Of a stretch of DNA of 41,502 bases, positions 9,901 through 16,791 are shown piece by piece. The notes beneath the pieces are model-generated. The model did no database searches, was not told the DNA's origin, and saw only the letters and a program-made list of their open reading frames with translations. The DNA is taken from IMG/VR virus record IMGVR_UViG_3300019766_000003. One strand, given 5' to 3'. The position numbers were made by a program, and so were the translations under genes. The number at the start of each line of letters is the position of its first letter. Position 1 is the stretch's first letter. Origin of the DNA: a virus.

Positions 9901-10695
9901 GGAAATCAATCTGTAAACGCTGGTTTTGTGCAAGTCGACCTTGGAGATGTTGCAGAGAGGAACATTCTGGAGCAGATAAACCAAGCGCCAGTATGGGAGC
10001 AAGCACCTTTTCTTGCTTACCCGCCTGGCAATGAGCTGTACTATGAAGAAGGTCGATATGTTTATAGTAGACTGATCAATGCTGATATAGCCGACGGGAA
10101 ACTTGTACCATATGAGGCTGGAGGCTTTTTTGAACCTGGCGACAAGCCTATGTTCAACCCGCCAGACAAGGCTTTTTTCGACAACACAGCCCTTCCGATT
10201 CTGTACCACTTTATTTACGAGGTGCAGCCTAGGCACATAGGCGAAAAAGCTTTTGTATCAGCTGTTTTAATCGGAGAATACACGCTTGAATTTCGTGAGA
10301 TTTCAGCGCCACTTGACGATTCTAACGAATTTATACCTGTTCCAGAGGCTTTTGAAGTACACGACACATTCGGTTATGAGTTTAGGTTTAAGACTATCCC
10401 AGGTCAAACGGTTTCAGACACAACAACATCAGATATAATTGTATCAATCGACGTAGACGATATAGAAGAGGTTATACAAGAATTTTCAGTGCCAATCGGC
10501 GGGGCGAGGTTGCCAATAGTAAAAGAGTACACAGCTATAAAGTATGTCTTACTTGCCCTAAAATCTGAGGCTGGCGGAGCAATATCAGCACAGTACGAAG
10601 ATAAAGACAATATCTTAGGCCCAAAAGTGATAATTTACGACAAAGACAAAAATAGCGTCGCTGGGACAATCTCAGCGCAGGTTAGGGGGTATTAA
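6883..10695 (+). CDS. Host-specificity / tail tip protein (lambda gpJ-like) with an N-terminal gpI-like module
   Basis: 1270 aa. The N-terminal ~220 aa carry GGGGDGGKN followed by a Gly/Ala-rich hydrophobic stretch, as in lambda gpI. The central region is alignable by eye to gpJ (ALVELEIKASDQLSG..., NCAALAAYLIQNG). Confidence 0.8.
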   Translation: MKTEYNLPALHAPSEIKKDSVIIRFRKDPFRPEIDIFHGPSGISALAALRIAFRANGISTARISQYAVFVDGVYCSYTDLPFMVLYEDQVVHVAATVHGGGGDGGKNPITTIISLAAIAIAPQFGTWAANGIGFDIGVGLSELGVVNTFGALEAVQGIVGAIAAGAVVMGAGMLSSAIAPVSAPSANGISGRPTQEESKKLWSIDGSRNKVDLYGVVPLVIGKVRFSPRLAAVPYSYLKDEDKFYRYLYVVSLGDVRLSGFKIGDTALETFEGVTKFEHQAWSGEALEYFDTAIKEETLSILLKQSSGWQTRTTPLKTTRASVEVTFQTGLEKIDNKGNANELTIDFEVRFREFGSATWGASTAYSVTNKTRNPFRRGFEIELPSSGQWDISIRRITEDPDYEATTETTLDKAHWTVLRSFTEYKSIDYRGRRMTLVELEIKASDQLSGSIDEFSCVCESKGLVTDDFGSWTEAYTSNCAALAAYLIQNGDAVGEAEDRTEIDHIAYKEFYDWCELYGWEYNSVITSRQSVRTTMHNILAAGRASYLYSFGSASGQHSVVFDDPSQPIIDAITPRTAWGFSERKEFLSKPIDGLRFRFINEEKDYQEDERIVYADNVDASNAQNVIEWEQDGVTTPDLVYKHGRLRLAELELRPAEYTFNTDFRSIAYSRGSRIKAAYDVTYWGIVQGRVMKASDDGTYITSIVIDEEFTMETGKNYQIEMMGMGQSETYAVNTVVGTGRELFFTAQVPIANGPVFDDLVGLGETSRTSVNLLVTSVQPESDITARITAVDAADNLMDAISGPIPAFDSNITAPSRVFKEKPSTPIIESVRSDEWAMQVTSGGNLVPRVQITFSVPAGGVEAVTTVCYGRKVGEQAWLTLGTSGAADGVVYANGVEEGAEYQIRLQAQTRLGVASDFSAVTNETVVGKSTPPPDVSAVQFVDGYVTWLYESTPIDFAGFEVRYSTLSTATWDNSLAASGGLILNTKFDARSYNGALTFFVKAYDVAGNQSVNAGFVQVDLGDVAERNILEQINQAPVWEQAPFLAYPPGNELYYEEGRYVYSRLINADIADGKLVPYEAGGFFEPGDKPMFNPPDKAFFDNTALPILYHFIYEVQPRHIGEKAFVSAVLIGEYTLEFREISAPLDDSNEFIPVPEAFEVHDTFGYEFRFKTIPGQTVSDTTTSDIIVSIDVDDIEEVIQEFSVPIGGARLPIVKEYTAIKYVLLALKSEAGGAISAQYEDKDNILGPKVIIYDKDKNSVAGTISAQVRGY

Positions 10696-11738
10696 TGACA
10701 AACATATTTACATCGCAAGATACAGGCGAACAGAAGCTTGAAAAAGACTTGAACTATCTTGCAATTTTTTCCAGAGAGTCAGGCGGAACTGCATACGCTA
10801 GCGTTCTTGAGATTTCGAGTACGCCTTCTCTTGAGATTGATTCATACGGTTCAAGAAATAACACAAACGGTATACCAGACCTCTGCCTGTTCAACAGAGC
10901 TTCTTCGGCTACTTTCACGAACCAGCTAGGCCAGATAGAGACGGCTGCAGTGGATCAGTTGAGACATGACTATGACTCGAGTGGTAAATATCTTGGAATT
11001 CTGATAGAAAACCAAAGAACAAACTTCTTACTCAACAGTGCAACGCCAGTAACGCAGTCTGTCTCTCTTTCTGCGGGAGATTACACAACGAGCGTTTATG
11101 GCTCTGGTGATTGTACTTTATCCGGTGGAGCCACTGGAGTCGCAACAGAGGGAAGTGATGTTGTGTTCAACTTGGCCGCTCCAGCTTTAGTAACATTTAC
11201 AGTGTCTGGTTCACTCGATAGATTTCAGTGTGAGGATGGTAAGTATTCAACATCGTTTATATCAACTGCTGGAGTGTCTGCCACAAGAGCAGCTGATAAT
11301 TTTAGGGTATTAACATCCGCTTTTCCGTTCAATTCATCTGAAGGCTCTGTTTTGATTGAGTATAACAGTAGCAACTCAGGAACATGTGCGTGCTCCATAA
11401 ACGACCAGACATACCAAAACAGGCTAACACTGATAAAGAACGCTATCGGCGTTGATAGCTTCAGGCTTTATGTTGCATCTGCAAATGTATTTACAATTGA
11501 CATAGAAAGCTTAAGCTATGCTGCTGCAGCATTTTCCTATAAAGATAGTAGCTTTTATGTTTCTGCAAATGGTAGCGATCCGTTATCTAGCTTAGTTGGA
11601 ACAGTTCCGGCCTTTACACAGTTTGCACTAGGACAGATAACTGGTGGGTTTAACTGTTTGGACGGGCATATAACAAGGGTCGCATATTTTCCAAAGGCTA
11701 TATCGCCAGACGAATTAAAGCTTACATCGAGGAAGTGA
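10695..11738 (+). CDS. Putative tail fibre / receptor-binding protein
   Basis: 347 aa, Ser/Thr/Gly-rich, directly downstream of the J-like gene (ATTAATG). The motif SATRAADNF recurs in phage fibre and lectin-fold proteins. Confidence 0.4.
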   Translation: MTNIFTSQDTGEQKLEKDLNYLAIFSRESGGTAYASVLEISSTPSLEIDSYGSRNNTNGIPDLCLFNRASSATFTNQLGQIETAAVDQLRHDYDSSGKYLGILIENQRTNFLLNSATPVTQSVSLSAGDYTTSVYGSGDCTLSGGATGVATEGSDVVFNLAAPALVTFTVSGSLDRFQCEDGKYSTSFISTAGVSATRAADNFRVLTSAFPFNSSEGSVLIEYNSSNSGTCACSINDQTYQNRLTLIKNAIGVDSFRLYVASANVFTIDIESLSYAAAAFSYKDSSFYVSANGSDPLSSLVGTVPAFTQFALGQITGGFNCLDGHITRVAYFPKAISPDELKLTSRK

Positions 11739-11739
11739 T

Positions 11740-11964
11740 ATGTATAATGATTTTTTTTTAAAATTCAGCGATGCCGAACACGCTCGCTCGGTTATCGGAA
11801 CAGCTCCAAATGGTGAAATTACTGGCATTTATAAAGACTGCTTTTTATTACTAGATCAATATGAAGATTGTGTTATTGTATCCTTGAGGGGAGAATTTTT
11901 GCCAAGTGAGCTTTCCAAGTATGAGACATCAAAACCATCAAGCCTGGTTAGGGTTTGGGCGTAG
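11740..11964 (+). CDS. Hypothetical protein (74 aa) between the fibre genes
   Basis: Start is tightly coupled (TGATATG). No recognisable motif. Confidence 0.5.
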   Translation: MYNDFFLKFSDAEHARSVIGTAPNGEITGIYKDCFLLLDQYEDCVIVSLRGEFLPSELSKYETSKPSSLVRVWA

Positions 11965-11973
11965 GGGGTACAC

Positions 11974-13029
11974 ATGGCTGATTATCCACAACATTTCTCA
12001 ATAATTGAACTTGCCAGTTCAGTTCTTACAAAGCTCAACCAGATTATTGACGCTGGTATAGAACGGACATTTGCTTCCGGAGTCAGCTACGACAACACGG
12101 TCTCCGGCCTGACATCTTCAGATGTCAATGGCGCAATCGACGAGGTAAATGGTCTTGTCGACACTGCAGTAGATGATGCTAACACAGCGATAACAATAGC
12201 TAGCGCAGTCGATGCAAAGATAGGCGAAGTTTCAGTAGCTAACAACGGTCAGTTTTGCGCAGTGGTCGACGGCAAAATTACACCATCGTACAAGATCGCT
12301 ACACAGGTAGAGGCCGAGGGCGGGACGTCTTCAACAACGCTCATGACACCTGAGAGAACTGATCAGGCGATAAATTCCCTCTCCCCGAACAGAAGGAGCC
12401 TGAGGTACTACACCTCAGATGGCGAGCTATTGCCGGACGGTACTTTTGGTCCTCTGGACTTTAACGAGCCAGATGCAAGACAAGTTCAGGTTACTGCCAT
12501 CGGAGGAGGAGGCGGTGCTTACGCCGCTTCAACACCAATAACGTCATCGACTGCAATACATCCTGCTGCCTCTGGTGGTGCTGCAAGGGCTGTTTTTTCT
12601 GCAATTGGATTCGATGAAACAATAACAATCGGAACTGGCGGAACGTCAGGCACAACACCAACAGATGGCGCCGACAGCTCTTTTGGATTGCTAATAGTAT
12701 GTGGAGGTGGGAATAAGGGACAACTTTTGCCAGCTGCGAACTACGACAACATAGTATCTAGGGGGATTGTGTCTTACAACTCACATGACTTAATAACAAT
12801 CCTTGACGTTGAAACTGTTTACAATGACTTTGTTGGCGTTCCTCCCAATTACACGCATAGACCACTAGGCGGATATCCAGTTGGGTTTAGTCAGCTGAAG
12901 GGGCTTTTTGACTCTACCCCTGATGGGCATGGTGCTGGCGGCGCTGGATATAGGACAAACACAAACACATATGAGCTTGTAGACGGACAGCCTGGCCTTG
13001 TTATTGTCGAGGTGTTGTCATGGGCATAA
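11974..13029 (+). CDS. Tail fibre protein with a C-terminal glycine-rich domain
   Basis: RBS GGGGG. Fibre collar-like motif EAEGGTSSTTLMTPERTDQAI. C-terminus AIGGGGGAY...GAGGAGYR...GQPGLVIVEV. Confidence 0.6.
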   Translation: MADYPQHFSIIELASSVLTKLNQIIDAGIERTFASGVSYDNTVSGLTSSDVNGAIDEVNGLVDTAVDDANTAITIASAVDAKIGEVSVANNGQFCAVVDGKITPSYKIATQVEAEGGTSSTTLMTPERTDQAINSLSPNRRSLRYYTSDGELLPDGTFGPLDFNEPDARQVQVTAIGGGGGAYAASTPITSSTAIHPAASGGAARAVFSAIGFDETITIGTGGTSGTTPTDGADSSFGLLIVCGGGNKGQLLPAANYDNIVSRGIVSYNSHDLITILDVETVYNDFVGVPPNYTHRPLGGYPVGFSQLKGLFDSTPDGHGAGGAGYRTNTNTYELVDGQPGLVIVEVLSWA

Positions 13030-13268
13030 CCAACGAAGACAGGCTTTTGGACTCAATCGGGCAGCTATTTGAGCAAAACCGCGAGCTACTAACCAAGGTG
13101 ACTAGGATTGAGACAAACCAGTCTAACCAGCAAAAGCAGATTGATTCTATCCAGAAAGAGTTAAAAGAAATACAGGGTGATAGGAGAAAGGTTTTTGCCA
13201 TGTGGTGGGTTATGACACCGCTCGCAGCTGGAGCCACTGCATACCTTTTCAGGCACTTCTCTGGTTAA
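13020..13268 (+). CDS. Tail-anchored coiled-coil membrane protein (82 aa), function unknown
   Basis: Overlaps the fibre gene's 3' end. Heptad-rich N-terminus and a C-terminal TM segment, FAMWWVMTPLAAGATAYLF. Confidence 0.5.
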   Translation: MGITNEDRLLDSIGQLFEQNRELLTKVTRIETNQSNQQKQIDSIQKELKEIQGDRRKVFAMWWVMTPLAAGATAYLFRHFSG

Positions 13269-13282
13269 GTTTACAAAATAAA

Positions 13283-13314
13283 GGCTATCTGATACTTTTC
13301 AGGTGGCCTTTTTT
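13283..13314 (+). terminator. Rho-independent terminator closing the tail operon
   Basis: 10-bp stem (ggctatctga / tcaggtggcc, two G-U pairs), 6-nt loop, T6 tract at 13309-13314. Confidence 0.6.
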
Positions 13315-13320
13315 AGTGGG

Positions 13321-13377
13321 GAAAATTTAAAAAAATTCAGAAAAATTTAAAAAAATTCAGAAAAATTTAAAAAAAAT
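13321..13377. repeat. 2.8 tandem copies of the 20-bp unit AAAAATTTAAAAAAATTCAG (phased A-tracts), abutting the ATG at 13376
   Basis: Read directly: units at 13321-13340 and 13341-13360, and a partial unit at 13361-13376. Confidence 0.9.
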
Positions 13378-13621
13378 GTACTACATAACAACTAAGCACG
13401 TTGCGATATTTGGAATAATCTGGACCACGGTTCTCGCTGTAATTCCTTTAATGGTTTTTCAAAAGCTTAAAGAGGTTCAAAAGTCCTTAAAAGACCTAGA
13501 GAACAAGCAAGCAAGTGCAGAGATGGCAGACTCTTTACTGACTAAGGCGTTGCAACTAACAGAAAAAGGCAATATTGACCTCAGTGTCAACTCTGCCGGA
13601 AGAGATATAGAAAATGGGTAA
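13376..13621 (+). CDS. Small type-II membrane coiled-coil protein, paralog A (81 aa)
   Basis: N-terminal TM VAIFGIIWTTVLAVIPLMVF, then a coiled-coil region. The C-terminus ends DLSVNSAGRDIENG. No SD; the leader is A-rich. Confidence 0.6.
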   Translation: MYYITTKHVAIFGIIWTTVLAVIPLMVFQKLKEVQKSLKDLENKQASAEMADSLLTKALQLTEKGNIDLSVNSAGRDIENG

Positions 13622-13898
13622 TATTTATTTATTGGCTGGTGCTTGCTTCTTATCTGTTCTTATCTCTTCTGCGATTTGTACTGGCGTGTTGTTTGTCAAA
13701 TACGGCGACAGATACAAGCGGATAGAAAAAGATATGGACTCAGTTAAAGAGCAGCAGCGAGAGAACGCAAGAGAGATATCAGCGGTTAAAGACCAAGTAC
13801 AATACACACAATCAAAGCTCTGCAACGATGTATCACGCCAGCTCAGTATAAATTGTGCAGGAAACGACATTGTAAATGGCGGGAATAGCAATGGCTGA
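13614..13898 (+). CDS. Small type-II membrane coiled-coil protein, paralog B (94 aa)
   Basis: Start overlaps the stop of paralog A. TM LLAGACFLSVLISSAICTGVLFV. The C-terminus QLSINCAGNDIVNGGNSNG matches the tail of paralog A. Confidence 0.6.
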   Translation: MGNIYLLAGACFLSVLISSAICTGVLFVKYGDRYKRIEKDMDSVKEQQRENAREISAVKDQVQYTQSKLCNDVSRQLSINCAGNDIVNGGNSNG

Positions 13899-14109
13899 TA
13901 TTGAACGCCAGCAGCAACAGAAAATAGCTTGTATTGCCGAGTTCATGAAGGCTATAGAGCGTGGTTACAAAGACTCTATGAGTGGTGATACTGTTGAGGT
14001 GAAAGCATCCCTATCAATCAAGCAGGGTGGAATATGTTCGCTAAAGATAAACAGTGGTAAAACAATATCAAACATTTCTGACCTCATTGACAGGTCAAAG
14101 GCTCTTTGA
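13891..14109 (+). CDS. Hypothetical soluble protein (72 aa)
   Basis: The ATG at 13891 overlaps the upstream stop (ATGGCTGA). The track ORF starts at 13876. Confidence 0.5.
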   Translation: MADIERQQQQKIACIAEFMKAIERGYKDSMSGDTVEVKASLSIKQGGICSLKINSGKTISNISDLIDRSKAL

Positions 14110-14148
14110 TAGCATCCTTCTAGCTAAGAGAACCCTTTAGGACCAATC

Positions 14149-14185
14149 AGGCCACTACCCTTTGTCGGGACGGTGGCCTTTTTTT
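14149..14185 (+). terminator. Rho-independent terminator
   Basis: Stem aggccac / gtggcct with an inner ccc/ggg extension, then a T7 tract at 14179-14185. Confidence 0.65.
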
Positions 14186-14197
14186 ATGGAGTTTTAT

Positions 14198-14512
14198 ATG
14201 ACTGCTGTACAAGAAGCTGTAGCGATAATGGACGCTTTTATTCTTGCCATAACAGATGCTGACAACAGTAATTTCAGCGTCTATTCTGACTCTTTGCCGC
14301 CATTGACAGTATACGATAATGGCACAAAGTTTTTTGCGTGGGACGTTGAAAACAGTCGGTTCTTTGTTGATAAAAACTATGTCATGTCAATCCCGTATGA
14401 CTTTAGAAAGACTCCTGAGATTTTAGACATGGTTACAAAGGTTTGCCAATGCACACACGACACTTGCCTTGAATCGATGGCTTATAGTTGGAATCAGACC
14501 ATGGGCGCATAA
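14198..14512 (+). CDS. Hypothetical protein (104 aa)
   Basis: GGAG lies 6 nt upstream of the ATG at 14198. The track start at 14162 would include the terminator hairpin. Confidence 0.6.
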   Translation: MTAVQEAVAIMDAFILAITDADNSNFSVYSDSLPPLTVYDNGTKFFAWDVENSRFFVDKNYVMSIPYDFRKTPEILDMVTKVCQCTHDTCLESMAYSWNQTMGA

Positions 14513-14516
14513 AATA

Positions 14517-14558
14517 GAAAATCCCCCGCTTTCCTCTTGGTTGGCGGGGGTTGTTTGT
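14517..14558. terminator. Bidirectional terminator at the convergence of rightward and leftward transcription
   Basis: Stem cccccgc / gcggggg, flanked by an A-rich run on the left and a T-rich run on the right. Confidence 0.55.
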
Positions 14559-14566
14559 TAATCTTC

Positions 14567-14719
14567 CTATTTTTCTGGAATGATAAACATTTCTGCGTCC
14601 TTGATAACCTCTATAGAATCCTGTCCAAGTGGGAAGTGAAGTCCTTTTTCATCTATAACAGAGAAACAATTGTCTTCAACAAATACGCCGGACTCCGGCA
14701 TATCTTTAACTATTCGCAT
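14567..14719 (-). CDS. Small hypothetical protein (50 aa; below the track cut-off)
   Basis: Manual translation: MRIVKDMPESGVFVEDNCFSVIDEKGLHFPLGQDSIEVIKDAEMFIIPEK. AAGGA lies 7 nt upstream. Last gene of the leftward operon. Confidence 0.4.
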   Translation of the reverse strand: MRIVKDMPESGVFVEDNCFSVIDEKGLHFPLGQDSIEVIKDAEMFIIPEK

Positions 14720-14762
14720 TTCATCATCCTTTTTAAATAGTTGGTTGGGGTATCTTTTTCGT

Positions 14763-14782
14763 GACGTTACGAAAATGATCTA
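14763..14782 (-). repeat. Conserved intergenic element, copy A (minus strand TAGATCATTTTCGTAACGTC)
   Basis: 20/20 identical to 15368-15387, with flanks ~80% similar over ~30 bp. Contains the hairpin TTTTCG-N8-CGAAAA. Confidence 0.85.
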
Positions 14783-14783
14783 T

Positions 14784-15068
14784 TTACTTAGAAACACCTC
14801 TGAGCTTCAAGATAATGCTGTGGGCGTTTGGTTTATCAAAACACTGCATTGCAGCAGCCCGAATATTATCAGTGAGGTAGACTACGCAAGTTTTCCACGG
14901 TGCTGTTTTAGGTGTAAATTCATACACCTCTGAATTTGCTCCCCATGTGTCAATCTCGTACCCTGCATCTGTCTTTCTCAATTCGTCTTGACCAAATACA
15001 CCTGCACTGGAAACAGATGCAAATGCTATCACCATAGCCATAGCCATAGAAACAATAATCTTTTTCAT
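14784..15068 (-). CDS. Small secreted protein (94 aa, cleavable signal peptide)
   Basis: MKKIIVSMAMAMVIAFASVSSAG followed by a hydrophilic domain. RBS AAGGAGA. Confidence 0.7.
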   Translation of the reverse strand: MKKIIVSMAMAMVIAFASVSSAGVFGQDELRKTDAGYEIDTWGANSEVYEFTPKTAPWKTCVVYLTDNIRAAAMQCFDKPNAHSIILKLRGVSK

Positions 15069-15107
15069 GTAAAATCTCCTTTTTAAATGGTTGGATGGGT
15101 TTGTTTG

Positions 15108-15347
15108 TTATTTTCCGTTTATCATTCTTTCTATTTGAGGAGTGATTATAATTCCCTGCTCGACAAGCTCTTGCACTGCCTCTATTCGCTTCTTTTCAAT
15201 CCTTGCCTCGTGTCCAGCTGGTGAAATATAGCTCATAAGGAAAATCAGTCCAAACAATGGCACTGCTGATTTTAAATAAAAACATAAGAAGCAAAGCACA
15301 CCGATCAACACGATGTTATATACCATGCACCAAGCGTATTCAGGCAT
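15108..15347 (-). CDS. Small integral membrane protein (79 aa, two TM segments)
   Basis: Hydrophobic segments AWCMVYNIVLIGVLCFLCFYL and VPLFGLIFLMSYI. RBS AAGGAGA. Confidence 0.65.
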   Translation of the reverse strand: MPEYAWCMVYNIVLIGVLCFLCFYLKSAVPLFGLIFLMSYISPAGHEARIEKKRIEAVQELVEQGIIITPQIERMINGK

Positions 15348-15367
15348 CTACTTATCTCCTTTTCCGC

Positions 15368-15387
15368 GACGTTACGAAAATGATCTA
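15368..15387 (-). repeat. Conserved intergenic element, copy B
   Basis: Identical 20-mer to 14763-14782. Its last 3 nt form the TAG stop of the upstream gene. Confidence 0.85.
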
Positions 15388-15687
15388 CTCTTTATCTGTC
15401 AACTCTGCGGTGATGCCGATGTATCCAGCGCAATCAACTAAATTGTCTGAATTTTCCTGCACTGTATGCCGTGCGACCTTGAACAGTGCAAGCATACATG
15501 AAGCATCGGCCTTTGTTAGCTCGCAGTTCCTGAGCATTACGCCCTTGGATTTAAGGTACGTAGTCCAGAACTGTGCAATTGCTTCAAAGCTATCTTCTGG
15601 TTCACCGTGCTTGTCCACACGGTCCTGTGTAATTGTTTCGGCAGCCTCAAGCAGTACGGCTTTTCGTTTAGGGATATTATCGCTCAT
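15385..15687 (-). CDS. DUF6378-like phage protein
   Basis: The start at 15687 (MSDNIPKRK) forms a TAATG overlap with the upstream small ORF. Pattern DRVDKHGEPEDSFEAIAQFW...KADASCMLALFKVAR...DNLVDCAGY. Confidence 0.55.
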   Translation of the reverse strand: MSDNIPKRKAVLLEAAETITQDRVDKHGEPEDSFEAIAQFWTTYLKSKGVMLRNCELTKADASCMLALFKVARHTVQENSDNLVDCAGYIGITAELTDKE

Positions 15688-15866
15688 TACTCCTTCCACC
15701 CTTCGTCATAAATTTCGCCATCGCTTGCACGCCACATGCCTCGCACCTCATGCTTTCTGCATTTCTTGCAAAAGCGTATATCAGACAGCCCGGAGAAGTG
15801 AGACCATTTGGTCCACTCGTGCTTGCACCAGAATCCTTTGATCCACTGAATAAATGTTCTGTTCAT
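15687..15866 (-). CDS. Small Cys-containing protein (59 aa; below the track cut-off)
   Basis: Manual translation: MNRTFIQWIKGFWCKHEWTKWSHFSGLSDIRFCKKCRKHEVRGMWRASDGEIYDEGWKE. It fills an otherwise unexplained gap. Confidence 0.45.
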   Translation of the reverse strand: MNRTFIQWIKGFWCKHEWTKWSHFSGLSDIRFCKKCRKHEVRGMWRASDGEIYDEGWKE

Positions 15867-15869
15867 ATA

Positions 15870-16160
15870 TTATCCAGACGTTGATTCAACAGGGTTAGGG
15901 AATACAATGTCTTCATCGAAGCCGGCACCGACTCTATCAACGGCAGGTCCAAAGTCTGGTGCGTTCCCGCGGTCCATCTCGTAACCGATTTCTTCCAGCT
16001 TACTAACATCAAATAATGATACGGAACGATCTCCGATAGTGTAAAACCCAATTCGACTAGTTGGGCATTCGTCTAAAATGCGTTGTAGTTTTTTTAACCA
16101 TGCTTTCTCTTTTTTGTTCAGTTCCATACCATCAATCCTTTGTCTTGTTGTTTCTTCCAT
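15870..16160 (-). CDS. Hypothetical protein (96 aa)
   Basis: ATG at 16160 (the track used the TTG at 16163). No recognised motif. Confidence 0.6.
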   Translation of the reverse strand: MEETTRQRIDGMELNKKEKAWLKKLQRILDECPTSRIGFYTIGDRSVSLFDVSKLEEIGYEMDRGNAPDFGPAVDRVGAGFDEDIVFPNPVESTSG

Positions 16161-16272
16161 CAAACCATCTACACTCAGAAGGTTGCTCGTACACGTGTTC
16201 CCATCTAGCTAGGCATAATATATACCCACCGCTTCTTTTGCGACCGTGTTCGCATTTTTCACATAGTCCCAT
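16132..16272 (-). CDS. Possible small zinc-ribbon protein (46 aa)
   Basis: Manual translation: MGLCEKCEHGRKRSGGYILCLARWEHVYEQPSECRWFDGRNNKTKD. It fills the gap 16164-16274. Confidence 0.3.
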   Translation of the reverse strand: MGLCEKCEHGRKRSGGYILCLARWEHVYEQPSECRWFDGRNNKTKD

Positions 16273-16274
16273 AC

Positions 16275-16487
16275 CTACACCAGCCCCAAGAACTTAGCAT
16301 CGTCAAGAGAAATCTGCATGGTGCCTGATTCTCTTGAATCTGCGGAATTAATCAAACTCGTTGCTTTTGAAGTAAGTACGCAAATTACATGGCCGTGAAA
16401 TCCAGTCATTGGGCAAACGTCAATCTGTTTTATCTTCTTTTCTGCAACCTCTCGCACAACCCTATTGCTAACTGTGATTGTCGTCAT
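16275..16487 (-). CDS. Hypothetical protein (70 aa)
   Basis: ORF tightly packed between its neighbours. Confidence 0.55.
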   Translation of the reverse strand: MTTITVSNRVVREVAEKKIKQIDVCPMTGFHGHVICVLTSKATSLINSADSRESGTMQISLDDAKFLGLV

Positions 16488-16488
16488 A

Positions 16489-16791
16489 CTACATCTCCTT
16501 GATCATCTCATCCATGCTTGACTTTAAAACATCACCGGACCAAACGACCTTTTTAAGCTTGCACACCTGCACGGTTATAAGTCCAGTTTCGTGGCCATAA
16601 ACCATGCATTTTGTATACGTGCGCTTACCGTCGGACGACAAATCCTCGTAAAGCTCAGAGCGAGGCCACACCTCAATGAGCTTTGATCCGGTATTTAAGT
16701 TTGTCCAGTATTGATACCGATGCCGCCTATCGCCTTTTTTATACCTGTATGTATCAGGCTTAACGGCTATCAGCTTGAAGTAATCAGCCAC
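16489..16791 (-). CDS. Hypothetical protein (100 aa)
   Basis: GTG start with an upstream AAGGG. No recognised motif. Confidence 0.6.
   Translation of the reverse strand: MADYFKLIAVKPDTYRYKKGDRRHRYQYWTNLNTGSKLIEVWPRSELYEDLSSDGKRTYTKCMVYGHETGLITVQVCKLKKVVWSGDVLKSSMDEMIKEM

Noticed and set aside
13321-13377. Possible CRISPR-like or satellite array (20-bp repeats). The 15-bp array at 29286-29550 and the 11-bp array at 22718-22795 were also considered.
   Set aside because: All are head-to-tail tandem repeats without unique spacers, and they are too short for CRISPR repeats. No cas genes are present.
14537-15841. Plus-strand track ORFs 14537-14740, 14670-14933 and 15257-15841. Two of them share the peptide FRDVTKMIY and at first looked like paralogues.
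   Set aside because: The shared peptide is just the translation of the conserved intergenic 20-mer on the wrong strand. The ORFs are antisense to well-supported minus-strand genes with RBSs, signal peptides and TM segments, and they lack RBSs themselves.
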